A stretch of DNA of 53,652 nucleotides from Phoronis australis (lineage: Eukaryota > Animalia > Phoronida). The position numbers were made by a program, and so were the translations under genes. Location of the stretch: contig NMRA01001112.1 in the NCBI GenBank assembly GCA_002633005.1, positions 1-53,652 of the forward strand, read 5' to 3'. The notes under the pieces are model-generated. The model worked only from the letters and a program-made list of their open reading frames with translations. It had not been told where the DNA came from and made no database searches. Every line of letters begins with the position of its first letter. Positions within the stretch are counted from its first letter, which is position 1. Shown in pieces: positions 1 through 12,776 of this stretch.

Positions 1-168
1 TGTGATGATTTTGGTGTTTTGCTATCCCCGCCGACCTATGAAGGTGCTTTGGGAAATTGGGCAGAAACAGCAACAGTGAGCGCCGAGCTTGGACAAGGGG
101 CTTTTCAGTTGTCCCCTTTGCCAGCCATGAACCCCCGCTAATGTTGTGCTACACATTTTCTGTTCCAG

Positions 169-358
169 CGATAATTACCAGAAGGCGAATGGGCCTAACA
201 AAGAGCTGAGGGTAGGTTCGCAGAGAGACTTGGTGGCAGGTCCTCAGGGAGGTGTAGGTCGTGACCCCACCATGGCTGTTGGACCCGATATTGAAAACTG
301 TAGCGGTCCAGAGCAAGGCCTTGCTGAGGGACCTCAAAGGATCATATGCTGTTTTTAG
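169..358 (+). CDS. Terminal coding exon of a second copy (or allele) of the WW/CUE-like gene; GP-repeat C-terminus ending RIICCF*
   Basis: Acceptor ttttctgttccag|c at 168/169; near-identical to 48749-48938; open to TAG at 356-358; one amino-acid change (GSQ vs GPQ). Confidence 0.85.
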
Positions 359-411
359 CCTGAATTGATGTATAGGTGTCTTACAGTGACTGTCTGACTG
401 AACCCTTGTCA

Positions 412-606
412 TACACAGCATGCAGTAGATAGAGACGTGTCTTAAGGTGATTGTATCTAACTGGTGTGTTGTAATACATTGTATACAGTAGATAGAGACA
501 TGTCATAAGGTTGCTGTATCTCAGTCATGTGTTGTAATACATGGCATGGAGTAGATAGAGACGTGTCATTAAGCGGCTGTATCTGACTGATGAATTGTTA
601 TACACA
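412..606 (+). repeat. Degenerate ~63-bp tandem repeat x3 in the putative 3' UTR
   Basis: Core agtagatagagac(g/a)tgtc...tgtatct recurs three times; also present in copy 2 at ~48995-49190. Confidence 0.8.
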
Positions 607-1325
607 ACGTACAATACATAGCGAGTGGACTTTGTTTCAGAATCTTTATACAGAAATAAGCTTTTTAATGCTACAAGTTTGACTTGTGTGACAGCAAGCT
701 ACATTTTAAAACAGTTTTGCTCATGAAAATAATCTACATGTATATGGCACGGAAGAAAAGAAGGAAAAAATTTAACATTTGATGTCGAGCAGTTAACGAA
801 ACTGAGTACACAATGTAAAATTCCAAACAAAAATTGCAGTATTTGGCTGTTCCTGAACTGTCAACTGTAAATAGTGAAATGTACTCTTGGAGACAACTCC
901 TAGCCTCTCTAATTGCTCAGATGTCTTTCTCGTCGTAGGTCATGTGGTTATGGACATAATCATCAAGTTAATGCCACATGGTCGTATTATAGCGCAGTAG
1001 ATTCCTGGTATTTCTTTCCGGTCGTCCATGTTGACTGAATGCTATGTGGTGAAAGGCCTTCAAACATTGTACAGAACATAAATATTCGTAAGAGTTAATT
1101 GCTTTTTACCGCTATCTAGGGTAAAATTTTTTCTCTACCCCGCAAAATTGTGAAATGTGAATGTTTTAGTCTATCACACAAAATGTATAATGTAAACTGT
1201 TTACTCAGCCACACAAAATGTAAAATGTAAAGGTTTTACTCTATTGCACAAAATGTAAACATTTTACTCTGCCAAACAAGATGTCTGTGTCATGAAAGTT
1301 TATTTCCATCACAAACTGAATCATT

Positions 1326-1628
1326 TTTTTTTTTTTTCACTGTGATATATATTTATTGAAGGATACACAGAACATACAAAGAAATAATAACAAACCCAGA
1401 AACCGCGAAGCATTATATCTGGGTTGTAAACAATTCATAAATGAAACTTATATACATAGAGATATATACAATTAGGTAGTATCTAAAATAAGTATTCCAA
1501 TACTTAGACATGCTATTACAGATATATAAAAACAAAAATATTTACAGATTCATGTAGGGAAATCAGATGCAACAATATTGATAAACGGTATATAAAAATT
1601 TGCTAACGTTGCTTAGGAGGAATTCGTT
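1326..1628 (-). mobile_element. 5'-truncated non-LTR retrotransposon (LINE 3' end) with poly(A) tail and 12-bp TSD
   Basis: TSD aactgaatcatt at 1314-1325 and 1629-1640; T14 run at 1324-1337; minus-strand AATAAA just before the tail; empty site at 49898-49909. Confidence 0.92.
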
Positions 1629-2943
1629 AACTGAATCATTCACAGCATTGGCAAATAAATAATGTCTAGAGATTTTACTGAGGTAGTTCTGATTTTTACT
1701 GAGGTAGTTCTGATTTGTAATCTGCCTTGTATCAATCAAAATTCTCCTGTCCATTGTTAGGAAGATGGAATTCAATTACTTTCGTACCAAGTAAAGTTAT
1801 CCGTAAATGAAAAGAAGTGTTCGTTCTAGAAGTAATATCAAGTCTGCACGTTGGTACTGTTTGTTGTAGAGTCTGGCTTCAGTGTACAGGTGTACCTATG
1901 CTATAACTATTACTACTGTTGTTATTGTTATTTATTTCTTATTCTATCACAATGCAGTGTATACTGATGTAATGAAGACATGGGTGATGGATTGGCAGTT
2001 GAAGGTGTTCTAATGAATTTAATGGACTCATAATACTGGATGTGACAATGGAGTGGGCTCAAGACATGGTTTGTGTATATTGGCCCTCACCAGGTGGCGC
2101 TAAGGTCACTGCGACTTTGTTACCTTCAGGAATATTGTGCGTTTGGCATAGTGGGGACAAAAGCAAAAAATTCTGGAATAGGATTAAAAAAATTACTTCT
2201 GCCAGGTTCCTTGAACTGAAGAGCACTGCATCTGAAGGTGGGAGTGGGGTGGTTAAATCGGATGGTGTGAGGGGAGTGGGTGCACCCGATGGACGTGGGC
2301 CTCATGGTGGTGTGCTTGGCAGTTTTGTACCCCTACCATGGAACATTACACCAGTACCGTACTTTTACATTGCGTGTCAGCCTCTTTCATTATATGTGTA
2401 CTTATATGATTTCCTAAATTTTGTTTTAATCGTTTTAGTGGCAATAAAGACACCGCAATTTTACTTCTTTGTTAGTAATTAAAAAAAGGCTGATATGAAA
2501 GTGTCTGAGAGAAAAGTGAGCCCGTGTGATTCTGCAGCGCGCTACTGAGATCGAATCATTGCTTAGCTGTTTGTATTGCGCAAGTCTGTTGTTTTAGTCT
2601 GGTCAGGGTGCGGCACGTGCCAGGTGTTAAGTTTCGTGTCTAAGATAACGACGCAAAGGCTCGTTATTTCAAAGTGTCACTGAAGACCAGGTAGGCGACG
2701 AAATTTTCTCGTCGTAGTCTAAGACTAGAGAGATATAGAATTTATGAAATCAGCATTCGGTAGTGGTCAAACCTACATGTAGTGTAATAGACTTTGGATT
2801 TGTTTTGAGGTGCGACTTCGCGCGACCGATTTGTTACACATGTATCTTGTTCTACCATTGCTATCTTGTTATTGGCTGAGAGCGCCGGCTCATCTCTGCA
2901 GGAGTGCACACCAAATGTAACCAGTTGTGGAAAAGCAAACTCG

Positions 2944-5693
2944 AAAAATTCCAGTTCAATATATCAGAATGACGAAAGTGTTTAAAATGATAATCGGCAA
3001 ATTACGGAGTGGTTGTTGAGACGCAGGAGAGACTGACGGATTTAAAAGTTTGCAATAGCTAAAGTGAAACAGCTCTGAACTGTCAGTAATTGTTACCTTT
3101 TCGGACGCTCGCGCAGTTGGGAATAGCGCAACTGTCGACAGTACTCGTGAACTGTAATGGACCAGGCCAGGGGCAAATGGGAAACGCGGACCAAAATGGT
3201 CGGAACAGTGGGTGACGGAGATGTGAAAACATTGGGCTTACTAGATTTATGAATTACCACGCCATCCAAACTATCAAAGTAGATCGTGGAGTTGATGTGG
3301 TCGGTAGTATGCATACTCGATATCAACTGTTCATGTACATGTGTCGAAGTATGATCAAAATAAGTCAATAGGCTCGAAGTTTATTTTTGCGTACTGGCCG
3401 GTGTATATCAGTAGGCCTAGCCAACATTAAGCGGGGGTGGTTCGAATTTCTGAAACGATGGGCCTTAGCTATTTTTACAAATGTCGACACTGTAGTTTTC
3501 GGTAAGGCCCTCGGCTTGATTAATGAGGATGTTGTGATGGTTGCTCACAAAGAACGGGACACAAATTTGGATGTAATGTGATCTAGAAAGAGAACCTTTT
3601 CGCATTACCTCCTGCCAAAATTTCAAATCAGCCATGCTTAATGAGTGATTACACCTCATTGCATACTCGGAAGGAAATATGAAGACAGTTGAGTCGGCCG
3701 CGAATGACTTCTTTGACGAAATTGTTTATCTGGTTGTATTTTTGCGTGTCACTTTAGTTGCTTACATCGCTGAAAATGGGAACAGCCCACTATTTTGAAG
3801 GTTCACTTCTTCGAAGATTCACTACTCCGAAGGTTCATTGCTCCAAAACTATGGGTCAACTTACGAACTCAGACGTACAGTAGTGTAAACTTTTACAAGC
3901 AAAAACAAACGATACTTCGGTTATTAGATGCACCTATACCGCAATCAACGCCCGGACACTAAAACACTTTATTTGGACTTACATGTACGTAGACAGCGAC
4001 TACCGTCTCTAGCTGGCCAGTACAACAAGAAACGGTGGTCAGATTTCACGCGCATGCAAATTTGCCCGCATGTCTTAAAATGAGTGCGTACTTCATAAGC
4101 ACACCCAGCCTTAATATGGGGGTGCTCGAATCTGACAAAGTGGTCCTTCTGCAAACAAAATAGCGGGAGGACTAAAAAACGGGGTACCTTCAGGTTTGTG
4201 ACTGCGTCTGCGCCTTTTTAGTGGACTTTTGTGCCGTTTTCTCGGACTTGTCGTTTCTCTGAGGTGGACGTTTTTACCTACTTCGCCAAATGGGGGGCTC
4301 GAACGAGCCCCCCGAGCTCTCCCTGGGTGCGCGCATGTACTTGCATTTTTTAAAATGATGATGAATTAGTAGGCATACTGATGAATTACCAGCCACGATA
4401 CATTCATTAAATCCATGTCAAGATCGCAACGCAGCGCGACTAAAAGATTTGGGGTCGCTGCGGCTCAACCTCGCCGAAGGAAGCACGTACATGACCGGGT
4501 CGAACTAAGTGAACTAAGCCACCCTGTCTGTGCCAGTCTTGACGAAGTCAGGGAGTCCATTCAGTCTTCTTAATTTTTAGATATCGTTGTAGTTAGTAGG
4601 CTACTACCAGTAGCTGCAACAATATTTTTGTTGTTTTGCATTATCCTATCTTTTGCGGATATGCTGGACCTGGACCTTTTCAGCGGGGAGACGGGGTTCG
4701 AGCGAACCCCCCAAAGCCCTCCTGACTACGGGCCTGTCGTCAGTAGGCCTACTGTGTTGACAATTAATGTGAGTATATACTTGACTGTCGCCGGTTATAT
4801 GACGATGCCATAGCTCGGCATCTGGTAGTCCAATTGAGCGACCACTCCACCGGTTCCATTTTACCATCTGACTGGGACATAGTTCTCGATGAAGATTTCC
4901 GGCTTGAAATCAATAAAATGTGTACAGTGTGTTGGTCTGGGTGAACTTGTGAAGTACATTATCTCACCTTTTGAGGAAAATTAAAAGAATTGACTCGTCC
5001 AAGTCCCATCACAAGCCCGTTCTCATCATTTGAGTTTCACCTCTTTCAATTTCACGTGTGGGTCCGTCATTGATGGTTCGCATTTTTGGTTTCTCTTTCC
5101 CTTCCGAAGTTCCAGCCCTCCTATCCTTATCCAGTGGCGGATTTAGGGGTGGGGGGCAAGGGGGCCATGGGCCCCTAAAATTCTAGTAGATACCACTTGG
5201 AAGTGCGGGCACGCGCGCATCCAGGGGACCTCGGGGGGGGGGTGAATAAACAATATGTAGGCCTTGAAAAAACCCTTTACCGTCTTTTTAGTTATAAGGT
5301 CTGCAAACCCAAAGATTCAAGACCCCTGCATCCCTACATTTTAGTCTGGGCGCGTTCATGTAGGCTACCGAAATCAGGTTATTTCTGCTACGCCCTGCCC
5401 CCTAACTCAAAATCCTGGATCCACCCCTGTTATCCGCGCCCGACTTTTGATTCCGTCCATCCCGTTCGAAAATGTCCGTCTTGCCCATTTCTCAGCAATA
5501 GGCCTCTTGCGCTACTCCCAACTGCACGAGCGTCCGAAAAGGTTACAATTACTGACAGTTCAGCGCTGTTTCACTTTAGCTATTGCAAACTTTTAAATCC
5601 GTCAGTCTCTCCTGCGTCTCAACAACCATCCGTAATTTGCCGATTATCATTTTAAACACTTTCGTCATTCTGATATATTGAACTGGAATTTTT
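2944..5693. mobile_element. Probable non-autonomous DNA transposon with long (>=188 bp) inverted repeats; right end cut by the contig join
   Basis: 2944-3131 is the reverse complement of 5507-5693 with few mismatches; the match stops exactly at the N at 5694. Confidence 0.7.
5132..5429. mobile_element. MITE of the CAGTGGCGGAT... family, 5-bp TSD
   Basis: cagtggcggatttagg ... cctggatccacccctg, flanked by ttatc/ttatc. Confidence 0.8.
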
Positions 5694-6429
5694 NTGCAAC
5701 TTCTTTATTTCAAAACCCAACTAACTGTTTCTTCGCATTCCAAAAATGCCCATTCTTACGATAGTTTTCACTTTGTTTCTGCCGAATACGTAACTTATGA
5801 ATAAGTTATTTATCTTTAGCCTATTGGATTATCATGTAGAACTGACACAGGGTTTTCTAAGTGTATGGCTCACAAGCAATTCGGTTGAAAACCGGTGAAA
5901 CTGCAAACAGTTTTAATGACAGTAAATTCCATAGCAAGGACACACACCGGGGCAATCGAATGCGCACAACTCTCACGTATGATCGTCACAGCCTCGGCTG
6001 CCGCGAGATTGTAGGCATTCCAGGGCTAGACTGACAAACCTTGAACTACATCGCCATCTATTGGCAAAGGCACTACATTGCAGTCATATCAACCGCTGCT
6101 CTTTAAGCTTCGGCCTGGTTTTTATAGTTTCCAACACTATATTATGCACTCCTTGTTGTGTTTGTGTAAAAAATTATTGGAAACAGTTATTCAAGCGTGG
6201 TAGTGTTGCGTGTTCCTGGGCAACTTCTGGTCCGGTAATTGCAACATTATTAAATTTGAGTTTTGGGGCCGTTTGTATGAGAAATAGGCCTACCGTGAAA
6301 TGTGCGTTTACAGCTCATTTGAGTAATCCCTCATTCACCTCGGTGTGGTTTGAGACGTTAGCCGTGACTAGCTGTGTGAATGTTCATGTAAATTCTATGG
6401 TTACTTTCTGAATATTCACATAGTGAGCG

Positions 6430-7400
6430 TGACATGGACGCTGTCCTGGTCATTCGTTCTACATAGAAGGTGCATTGATCTGTTCATAAAATCAGTTTGA
6501 CCAGAGCCCCTTGAATTTGTCATGTATGTTACTCCGAGTGTTGCCTACAATTCACAAGGTGTACAGACGATGGCTGTGATTAGTAATGTATGGTCATCTT
6601 GAGACGTAGATGTAAAGAGTCTGTCATTGTGCATGTAGTATTGAGTTGTGTGTTGTCTACACAGTTCACACCTGTAAGAATACCTGACACTACATGTACC
6701 CATTGGTAAATCTGTGCAGTCAATAACTGACCTGTATATCTGGTCTCCAAGGGATTTTTGTTCAGCAGTGCAGAGGAACATTTTTGTTAAACTCCAAATG
6801 AGCTTTTGACACCATTTATCGTTGTTGACTTATTTGTCACTAGACATGTAATCCAAGATTATTACCACCAGAGATCAGGCCATGCCTATGCTTTCTTTTC
6901 TCTAACCATTGTTTGACAGAATAGGGACACTGCTTTTGTTATGAAAAGAATTTGTATTCTGTTGTGGTATGGCCTGGGTATTTTGTTTGTTTAATTTTCG
7001 ACAGAATTCAGTAGCCGGACGTGGTTGTCACGAGATTGGTTGAACCATGAAAATAGTGGTTATAGTTAATTTCCAATAAAACATCATAATTAAACTTGAT
7101 ATCCTTGTTGACATTATTCCTCACTGCCCACATGTCAGTGTTGTCAATTTTGTCATGTGAAATTAGCTTACTAATAACAACTGACATAGGTTTCTGAACT
7201 GAGGTTGTGTAGTCGGTCGATCTGTAGTCACCACGCAAAAAGTACAGGTGTGCTTACAACACCCCAGGTTTCACGAAATGTAGTGTGCCCAGTTGCTACT
7301 AACGAGCTTTTCAACCCATCATAGTACGGCCAAACAGTGATTTTTAAAACGTTGAATTCAACCAACCAAACCAACCCCCAACATTTCACGACGGGTAGCG
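6430..7400 (-). pseudogene. Highly degraded THAP + HTH + DDE transposase relic (PIF/Harbinger-ISL2EU-like)
   Basis: Ordered minus-strand fragments WVEKLVSSNW..CCKH, STDYTTSV, DIKFNY, KHRHGL, YRSVIDCTD and IVCTP resemble THAP and DDE_Tnp_4 motifs; many stops and frameshifts. Confidence 0.5.
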
Positions 7401-10400
7401 TACAGCGTTTCTGTACTGTACACTAGCTCTACTGTACACTAGCAACGTTTTCCTCCAACGTTCCTTCTGGTCGACTACGCTTTGTGTCTGATCTGTTGAA
7501 ATTCGTTGTTCTGAACTCCGCGCTGACCGCGTGCTTAGTTTTCCGTTGAATCAGGAAGAAAAACTTATTGAGAGCTTTCTGTTCCACCGCTCTACCCTTC
7601 ATGTCATTTGAGTTAAAAATAATTCATGAAAGGTCGCTTCACAGGGCGTTTTGCGTCGACGTTTCCCGCTTGCCGATCCAACCTGTGCGAGATTATCCTA
7701 CGAACTACAGACCGCCTGTACTTCTCTGGTCATAAAAAGCTCATTCCTTTGTAAGTCAGATGTAGTTCCAGCCATTTAATTCTGCGATGATATCAGTTGG
7801 GAAACTTACTCAAGGACTTGATATCCAAAACTTCCCCACGTTATAAGATGCACCTTTTTGTAAAAAACATTTCTGCTCCTCAGATGTTTACAAGAAATTA
7901 TTCATTAACATACTGAATGACAAAAAATTATGAAGCGAAATTTTCAGCTATCTGATCCTGTTGACATCTATTACAGACAATGCAACCTCGTTTTTGCCCG
8001 TGTCACATGTACCTGGGCACTCTAGTTGTACCCCGTTTCTATTGCGTGTCATTTTCCCCCCAGTGTTTATTCTCTCTTAAACCCTACTCCCCGGCTCAAA
8101 ATTCCCTGTGTTCTGACGTTCGAGTTTCCCTACGCTTGCCACTGACATGGGTTTTTATTCGAAGTTTCTTTATACCGAAGTCTCAGAAGTCTCCGAACTG
8201 TAAGTTGTCCCTTTTTAAACAAACGTAACTACCTCTTGTCAAAACTTATTTTGCGTCCCCGGCGGTGCTTCATTGAAAAGTGCCCCAGTTTTAATTCCCC
8301 TCAACCGCCGAAACGTGTCGATGTTGTGCATCTGGGCTCATGTACCTGATGCAGTAAGTCAAGCAGCCAACGACAAAAATTAAGAGTACAGGGAGTAAAT
8401 CGACAGACTTGAGTACCATCAGCTTCGGGGGATATCAAGTGGAAGCGACACAGCCAGGAATGACGAGGTACGACTTCCTTCTTACTTGAAGTTGGCACTC
8501 AAATCAGTTTCTTCGTAGAAAGTACATTTTCCTTCGAAACAAAGTAGTCACGTCAATGTTGCAAAAACCAGACATTCTTGAATTCGAAGACGTTCATTTC
8601 GGGCGATGAAAGCCACAACATGTGTCAATTGCTGTTTAAATTGACAAGACTGATTTCCACTTGAAACTTTAAGTTTTACTTAATGTTATCAAATAGAAAA
8701 TGTTCGCTGCTAACATAATGTTGCTCGTCAATTCAGAAATTTGCCTTAAATTGCATTTTGATGTAAGTAAAACACTGTGAGTTGCTTATGACGTGCACGC
8801 TATGGAATCACGATTTGCAACGTCACATCTTATGAACCTCTAATTGCATTGTTTTTAACATGTTCTTCTCCCTGACTCCTGAATTTACACACAGCGCCTA
8901 ATTTGAAAGATTTCTGGAAACAGTGCAAGGTTAAACAGTACTTTTTACTGTTATAAAATATAATTGTTATTGATTTCAAAACATCAAAAATAAAATTCCC
9001 CAAAATTGACTTTTAAGTAAGCCTTTTGTGGCTTACAGCTCAGAGTCTACTTTGCTCGTGTGTGCGCCATTTTCGATTTCGCCAATCCCATTTAACTCTG
9101 AAGCGTTTTACCGCGTCGCTAATGGTTTCGATGGGTGTACAGAAATGGAATCTCGCATGAAGTCCAGTGAAAACAGATATCACGGAGTCTAAAACAGAAT
9201 ACTGCATCTTCAAAACAGCTAACCCACCCGAAAATCGCTAATCCCGACCTTTGAAACAATAGCCTCGTGTATCGAACAGGACACGTGAGGACTGAAACAC
9301 CACTCTCAAACTTTTTGTCAAGCATTGTTTGATGAAAAAGTTACTGTGATATGTAGGTTTACGATACGAGAATTTTACACAACTGATGACGGATTGGCGT
9401 TCTACGCAGTTCTGCTGCTGAAATTGTGGCAAAGATGTCTTTGGTTGTGGTGCAATCTTTTGCGTCGACTTTCGGCGCCAAGGCGTGACCTTTGAACATT
9501 GATGTAAAGAAAACAACTGTGGCGACTTCAAGCAGCAGACAGGCCTGTTGAGATGCAATTGATGGAAGTCATAACTCTTTAAAATTGGTTATAAAGGTAT
9601 CGTAGTATACAAGAATATTCTAAAATGCACTTGGAATTCTTTTTTTTTTTTGGAAAATTGCTTCCTTCACTGGCCTATTGTATGCTGTGCTACCAACCAG
9701 TCAGATTTGGACTGCGAGTGCACCTAATCTGCCGGTGATATCTATCTTTTCAGTCAGCTGTTTTCGAATGACTGGGTAACCATGGAGCTTTTCCTTTGGG
9801 TTTATTTCCTAAATCGTGAATTTTATGACATTTGCTGGAAAATTTCTCACTGGGGAAGGAAGTAAATAAGTCGGTAGCAGACGTTGCGATATGGTACTTT
9901 CGTCAGGAATTGCTTAAAAAGATATTTTTGACGAGCTTTCGTCGTTTCATGCCTCTTTAAAGAACAGGCTTTAAGATTTGGGGCTGGTTAACTGTTTTGT
10001 AGGTGTGGGAGTCAGTTTTCGACTCCGGGATATATGTAACGACTGTATACGAGGTGGGTGTGGATATAGACCGATTAAGAGGGTAAGAAGATCTTATTAA
10101 ATGGAATCGCATTTTCCATTAATTATATCAGCAAACCGAATTTCATAACAAATTTTGCACCAATGATCAGTCAAAAAGAGTGTGAATGCGCTGAGTTCAG
10201 AAATTCCGACTCCAGTCTTTTGAGTGAATTGTTCTGGCTCTCCAGTTAAAAACCTGGAAATTGATTGTGTCGGATATAATGTACTTTCGACAAAAAAGCC
10301 GACGAACCCTAAAATGCAGCATATTGCAAAGATGTCTAAAAAAAATAACCAACAGTGACACTCGAAAGACAAAATAATGTTTTTGTGTTTTATTTTTGAA

Positions 10401-10796
10401 AATATTTTTGGATAAAATATTGAATAATCTGAGCTTAACTCAATGTTCACCGAGATTACTACGTCTTGAGAGTATAGATTAGGTTGAAATTCGCCCAAGT
10501 TGCATGAGTTTTATTGATAAAAAATGTGATATGTTGCGGTTCATGATTGACAATTTTTTGCAAACAATTGCAGCAAAACAACTGGAAAGTACTTGAAGGT
10601 GCTTTAGATCAAAGTTTGACGGTACTGACGACGGTCACACAAAATTAAAAAGTTGTCCAGGTTTCCGGCTGTCCGGGGTCCTTGTTTTAAAGGTTGGGGT
10701 TCGTGTTTCTCAGGCTGATTAGCTGTATTGATTGTTTTACATCGGAGTTCCTAATTTGATGGGACACCCTTATAGATATAGACATGCGGCCTTGAC

Positions 10797-10960
10797 ATGT
10801 GTATGTGTGCGTATGTATGTATGTATGTGTGTATGTATGTATGCATGTATGTATGTGTGTGTATGTATGTATGTATGTATGTATGTATGTGTGTGTGTAT
10901 GTATGTACATGTATGTATGTATGTATGTGTGTGTGTATGTATGTATGTATGTATGTATGT
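10797..10960. repeat. (TGTA)n/(TG)n compound microsatellite
   Basis: Seen directly; explains several spurious ORFs. Confidence 0.98.
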
Positions 10961-11100
10961 GAAATACATAGTCCTACATACATAGAAATTACGGCACAAC
11001 AGTCGAATTGGTATTAAAGCCATGCATGTGTCTCCAGTTGACCTGAGATTTGAGGCCTTGCGAGTGAATGGGGCCGATAGTCATGTCTTTTATATCTTTG

Positions 11101-11257
11101 CCTAGGCGGATTCAGGGGCCGGTCACTTGGGTCTGGACGCCCCTTTTCCCTTGGTTTTAGTGATATCGAATTTAAAATTTCCGAATGTTTAACTTGGACC
11201 CCATTTTTAATAAAATCCTTGACCCGACCTGATTCATGAATCTTGGACCCGCCTTTG
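11101..11257. mobile_element. MITE related to the GGCGGAT-terminal family
   Basis: taggcggattcagg ... cttggacccgcctttg; imperfect 5-bp flank ctttg/ctctg. Confidence 0.6.
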
Positions 11258-12496
11258 CTCTGCAACCCTGGAGTGCGTTCATATTTATCTACTCTACTTT
11301 AAAGGAAACTTTTTAGCTAAAATTTGTGAAACATTCCCGCGGGATAGCCTGGATCCCTGATTATTGTACAAAGATCGTGCCTCTATCGTTGTGAGGTCTG
11401 CAGGATACTATACGGGGGCAGGGTCCCCAGCTCCCTGTCGTCGGGTTGGAACAAAAGAATCCGCCAGCATGCTGATTTTTGCGGAATAATTTTCCTCCGT
11501 GCCACACCTCCAGATCAGTGAAATAGCGCCATATATGAGCATGATTCACTGGTCTTAGTAAATGTTTGCTATGAAACGCGGGAAATTGCAGAACCCCCGA
11601 CGATGATTTACGTAGTTTCCATAAATAGCAACATGAGCAGTCTCAGTGGGCGTGATTATATAGCATGTGACACAAAACGCTTTATTGATTGGCCACTTGA
11701 GGAGCTGCGGGGGGTGTTTGCTTTCAGACGATCAATCCCGCCACAGCATCACTTGACGCCAGAGCGTATGGACGTGTCTTTCAACCCGAGTGGATTTTTT
11801 TCATTCTCAGGTTTGTAAAATCATTTTATAATTTTTTTGTTATTAACTTTTTACCTTTTTCGAAACTGATTGCAACGTCAAAAATAGGCAACACGTAGCC
11901 TCTCAGCTGGGGCTAAGGCGATGTAAGGCCTTTGTCAAAAACTGTTATTAAAGCCTGTCTGAACACAACATATGATCAGAAGGCCTACCTGTCAATTGCC
12001 TCCTGTTTGTCCGTTTTTCTCGCCCTCCTTGACATCATCAAAATGTCCCGCTTTTGGACACAAGGCTTATTATGACTTGCGACACTAAAAGTGAAAAAAA
12101 AACAAAAAAAAAACGGGCGAGTTTGAGAGCTTCGACAACCGTGAATTTCCGTTTCGAGCACAAAAAGCCACTTAGACATTGAAAACACTCTGCAGACTGG
12201 CTGGCAAACGTTTCAAGCACCCGTTTCGCTTAAACACAAATGCCCGCTTTTATCAAAGTGCCCTGTTTTCCGTACTGAGCTCATTGAATACCGGCATACC
12301 TCCCCGAGAATCAAAATTAAGTCTATCACGAACTCTGTTCAATTCTAAATGTTCCTCAATAAGCAACTGCGTATGTCTTACGACTGACTTATGCTGCTTG
12401 TGTTTAAATTCTTGCACGCTTGTGCCTCCGTTTGCACGTCGGCGTTGTCCGAATCTTGCGATTCTGACACTTGTTTTAGCATGAGATGACTCAACA

Positions 12497-12635
12497 GGCT
12501 TCGTTTCATGAAACTATTTTAACTTAAACCAAAATACCAATGCTGTCATTCCATCACATGTCACGTTGCGATTGTTCGACAGTGCTGTTGACGCAATCAC
12601 AACAACCAAACTTGAGAATTTCATGAAACGGAGCC
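12497..12635. mobile_element. Short MITE (Harbinger/Tourist-like termini)
   Basis: ggcttcgtttcatgaaa ... tttcatgaaacggagcc inverted termini. Confidence 0.65.
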
Positions 12636-12637
12636 CT

Positions 12638-12776
12638 GGCCTGAGTTCAGTAAATGCAGAACCTTGCTAAAATCTAGCCAAAGTCACGTGTTCTCATTTA
12701 AAATACACGGCAATATCTGGCGTAATCTCACGAAGTCTAGCTTTTTAGCTAGGTCCCAGCGTTACTGAACTCAAGG
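12638..12776. mobile_element. Second short MITE abutting the previous one
   Basis: tgagttcagtaa...gctaaaatctag versus ctagctttttagc...ttactgaactca inverted termini. Confidence 0.6.

Larger units (their letters stand above)
1..5505 (+). repeat. Long direct repeat, copy 1 (may extend left of the window); partner at 48582-53536
   Basis: Near-identical colinear match from tgtgatgattttggtg (1 / 48582) to aataggcct (5505 / 53536), with scattered SNPs and indels. Confidence 0.97.

Noticed and set aside
2042-2482. 146-aa ORF (168 aa at 50231-50737) as a gene
   Set aside because: No recognisable domain; the two copies differ by frame-changing indels (10 bp near 50282 and a different C-terminus)
10687-11023. 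Overlapping HTYI/MYVC ORFs
   Set aside because: Translations of a microsatellite
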